A stretch of DNA of 42,506 bases from Hyphochytrium catenoides (taxonomy: Eukaryota; Protista; Hyphochytriomycota). The stretch lies in the NCBI GenBank assembly GCA_900088475.1, contig FLMG01004198.1, positions 1 through 42,506 of the forward strand, in the 5' to 3' direction. Shown here piece by piece: positions 41,034 to 42,506 of the stretch. A program made the position numbers and the translations under genes. How positions within the stretch are numbered: the stretch's first letter is position 1; each line of letters starts with the position of its first letter. The notes beneath the pieces were generated by a model, which worked only from the letters and a program-made list of their open reading frames with translations, had not been told where the DNA came from and did not search any database.

Positions 41034-41636
41034 TTAGAGCCTTAGAAAGAAGCTCTCGTCTTCTTCCGTCTCCGTAGGGCTATTCCGGCTCCAGACAGAG
41101 CCGTCAAGGCTGGCAGCAGCAGCCGCTATGGCCTTGATCCAGCTCCTCGCTTCCTCGTCTGTCTCGCATGCAAAGTAGTAGATCTTGGTTGTATTAGGGT
41201 GGAAGAGGATGAAGGGGAAGAAGCTCTCTCTTTCTTTCTGATGGAGTCTCCTCACCCTCGCGCCACGGAGATGAACGACACCTCTCGCTTTTAGTCCTTT
41301 ATGCTCGAGAGCTTTTGCTTGAGGTCCTGGTGTATCATATGCAGATGACCAGGAGGAAGAAGACGATGCTGAGGACGACGAGGAAGAAGAAGACGAGGAA
41401 GAGAGAGAGAAGTAGGATGTGGACGCCGTAGAAGGCGGCCCCTGGGGCTTCGGAGGAGAGGTTGTGGCTTGCCTCTTCTGCTTCCTTGGCTTGTAATAGC
41501 GGAGCACATCCCCATCCAGGACGCAGAACCTCGAGCGCCACTGTTTGAAGGTGTCTCGCCGCTTGAGGATATGTCCCTCATGGTAGCAGTGGCGCCGAAC
41601 CAGCTCATCTTCTGCTAGAGGCGTTTCTGGGAGCAT
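41034..41636 (-). CDS. PH-domain protein with poly-Ser insertion
   Basis: HEGHILKRRDTFKQWRSRFCVLDGDVLRYYK...ARGVVHLRGARV...FPFILFH...YYFACETDEEARSWIKAI. An acceptor-like site (tttag) lies just upstream of the ATG, so further 5' exons may exist. Confidence 0.85.
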   Translation of the reverse strand: MLPETPLAEDELVRRHCYHEGHILKRRDTFKQWRSRFCVLDGDVLRYYKPRKQKRQATTSPPKPQGPPSTASTSYFSLSSSSSSSSSSSASSSSSWSSAYDTPGPQAKALEHKGLKARGVVHLRGARVRRLHQKERESFFPFILFHPNTTKIYYFACETDEEARSWIKAIAAAAASLDGSVWSRNSPTETEEDESFFLRL

Positions 41637-42506
41637 ATTCTAAAGTCTAGCTCTATTCTGTCACTTGTTCCCACAGCGCTTGTTTTCTCTTTCTCTTCTC
41701 CTTCTCTCTCTCCAGATGTGTGTGCGTCCTGCGCTTGAGATCGGTAAGTAAGCCTTATTTCACCGGGACCAGGAGCTTCCGAGATGCCTTTCTTTATTTA
41801 GCCCAATGCCGGGAGAAAAGAGAAGTGTCTTGCTGCTGGCAGAACCAAAAGTGTGCCGTTGATCTTGTCTCTTCAAGAGGCAGCGAGGTGCAGCCAGGAG
41901 GCTCTCTCTTCTCCGATGGCTACGTTGCTAGCTAGAGCTTCACCACTGCAGAGAGAAGAAGCCCAAACGACGGCTGAGGCTTGAATAGATGAAGTTGGGC
42001 TCGTTCTCGCTTCTCTCCTCTCCGATTGTGGCCGAAGCAGCGGAGGAAACTCACATTTCGACAATGTCTCCAGAGCAGGTTGCTTTATAGTGTCCAGCGG
42101 GCGAAAAGACGGGAAAAATTAGTGCGGCTGGGGTAAGAGAGAGGAGAGACAATGTGACTGATAGAAGACAAGACAGCCAACAGAAGATGAAGACGCAACG
42201 TACGACGCTAGAGAAAAGAGACCGAGGAGGAAAAGTAGAGAGGGAGAGAGGAAGAGAGAGAGAGAGAGAAGAGAGAGAGAGGAGAGGGTGTAGCAGGAAG
42301 TTATTCAAGATGAGGTCTCTGTCTCATTGCAATGAGGACAAGTGAAGGTCGGACCACGTAGAGATCAAGTGGCGCCTGATTGAAAGACAAAGAACAGAGA
42401 TGATGGAACGCAAGCCTTACATTGCATTGGGGGAGAGAGAGAGACAAGGAAGGGGAGAGATTGAAGAGAGAGAGAAAGAGAGAGAGAGAAAGAGAGAGAG
42501 AAAAAG

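Overview
Eukaryotic, intron-rich genomic DNA with GT-AG introns, CTRAC/CTRAY branch points, very abundant (CT)n/(AG)n microsatellites and four N gaps. The gene families suggest a stramenopile or related protist (inference only). I reconstructed eight protein-coding genes by eye: an intronless GT32 DxD glycosyltransferase, a Cys3His-repeat (WRKY19-like zinc finger) protein, a 7-exon GDP-fucose O-fucosyltransferase-family gene, a 7-exon ER-type 2OG-Fe(II) oxygenase ending in RDDL, a 4-exon GT60 (Skp1-hydroxyproline GlcNAc-transferase family) gene, a large C2/DUF1765-like/PH gene, a 12-exon KHA-like domain + SNF1/MARK-type kinase and a small PH-domain gene. There is also one orphan ORF. The main observation is three adjacent secretory-pathway enzyme genes (FucT, prolyl-hydroxylase-like oxygenase, GT60 GlcNAc-T) with a GT32 about 9 kb away. 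This set echoes the enzyme logic of the protist Skp1 hydroxyproline glycosylation pathway but with luminal targeting signals. All family assignments rest on recognised motifs; no database searches were run.
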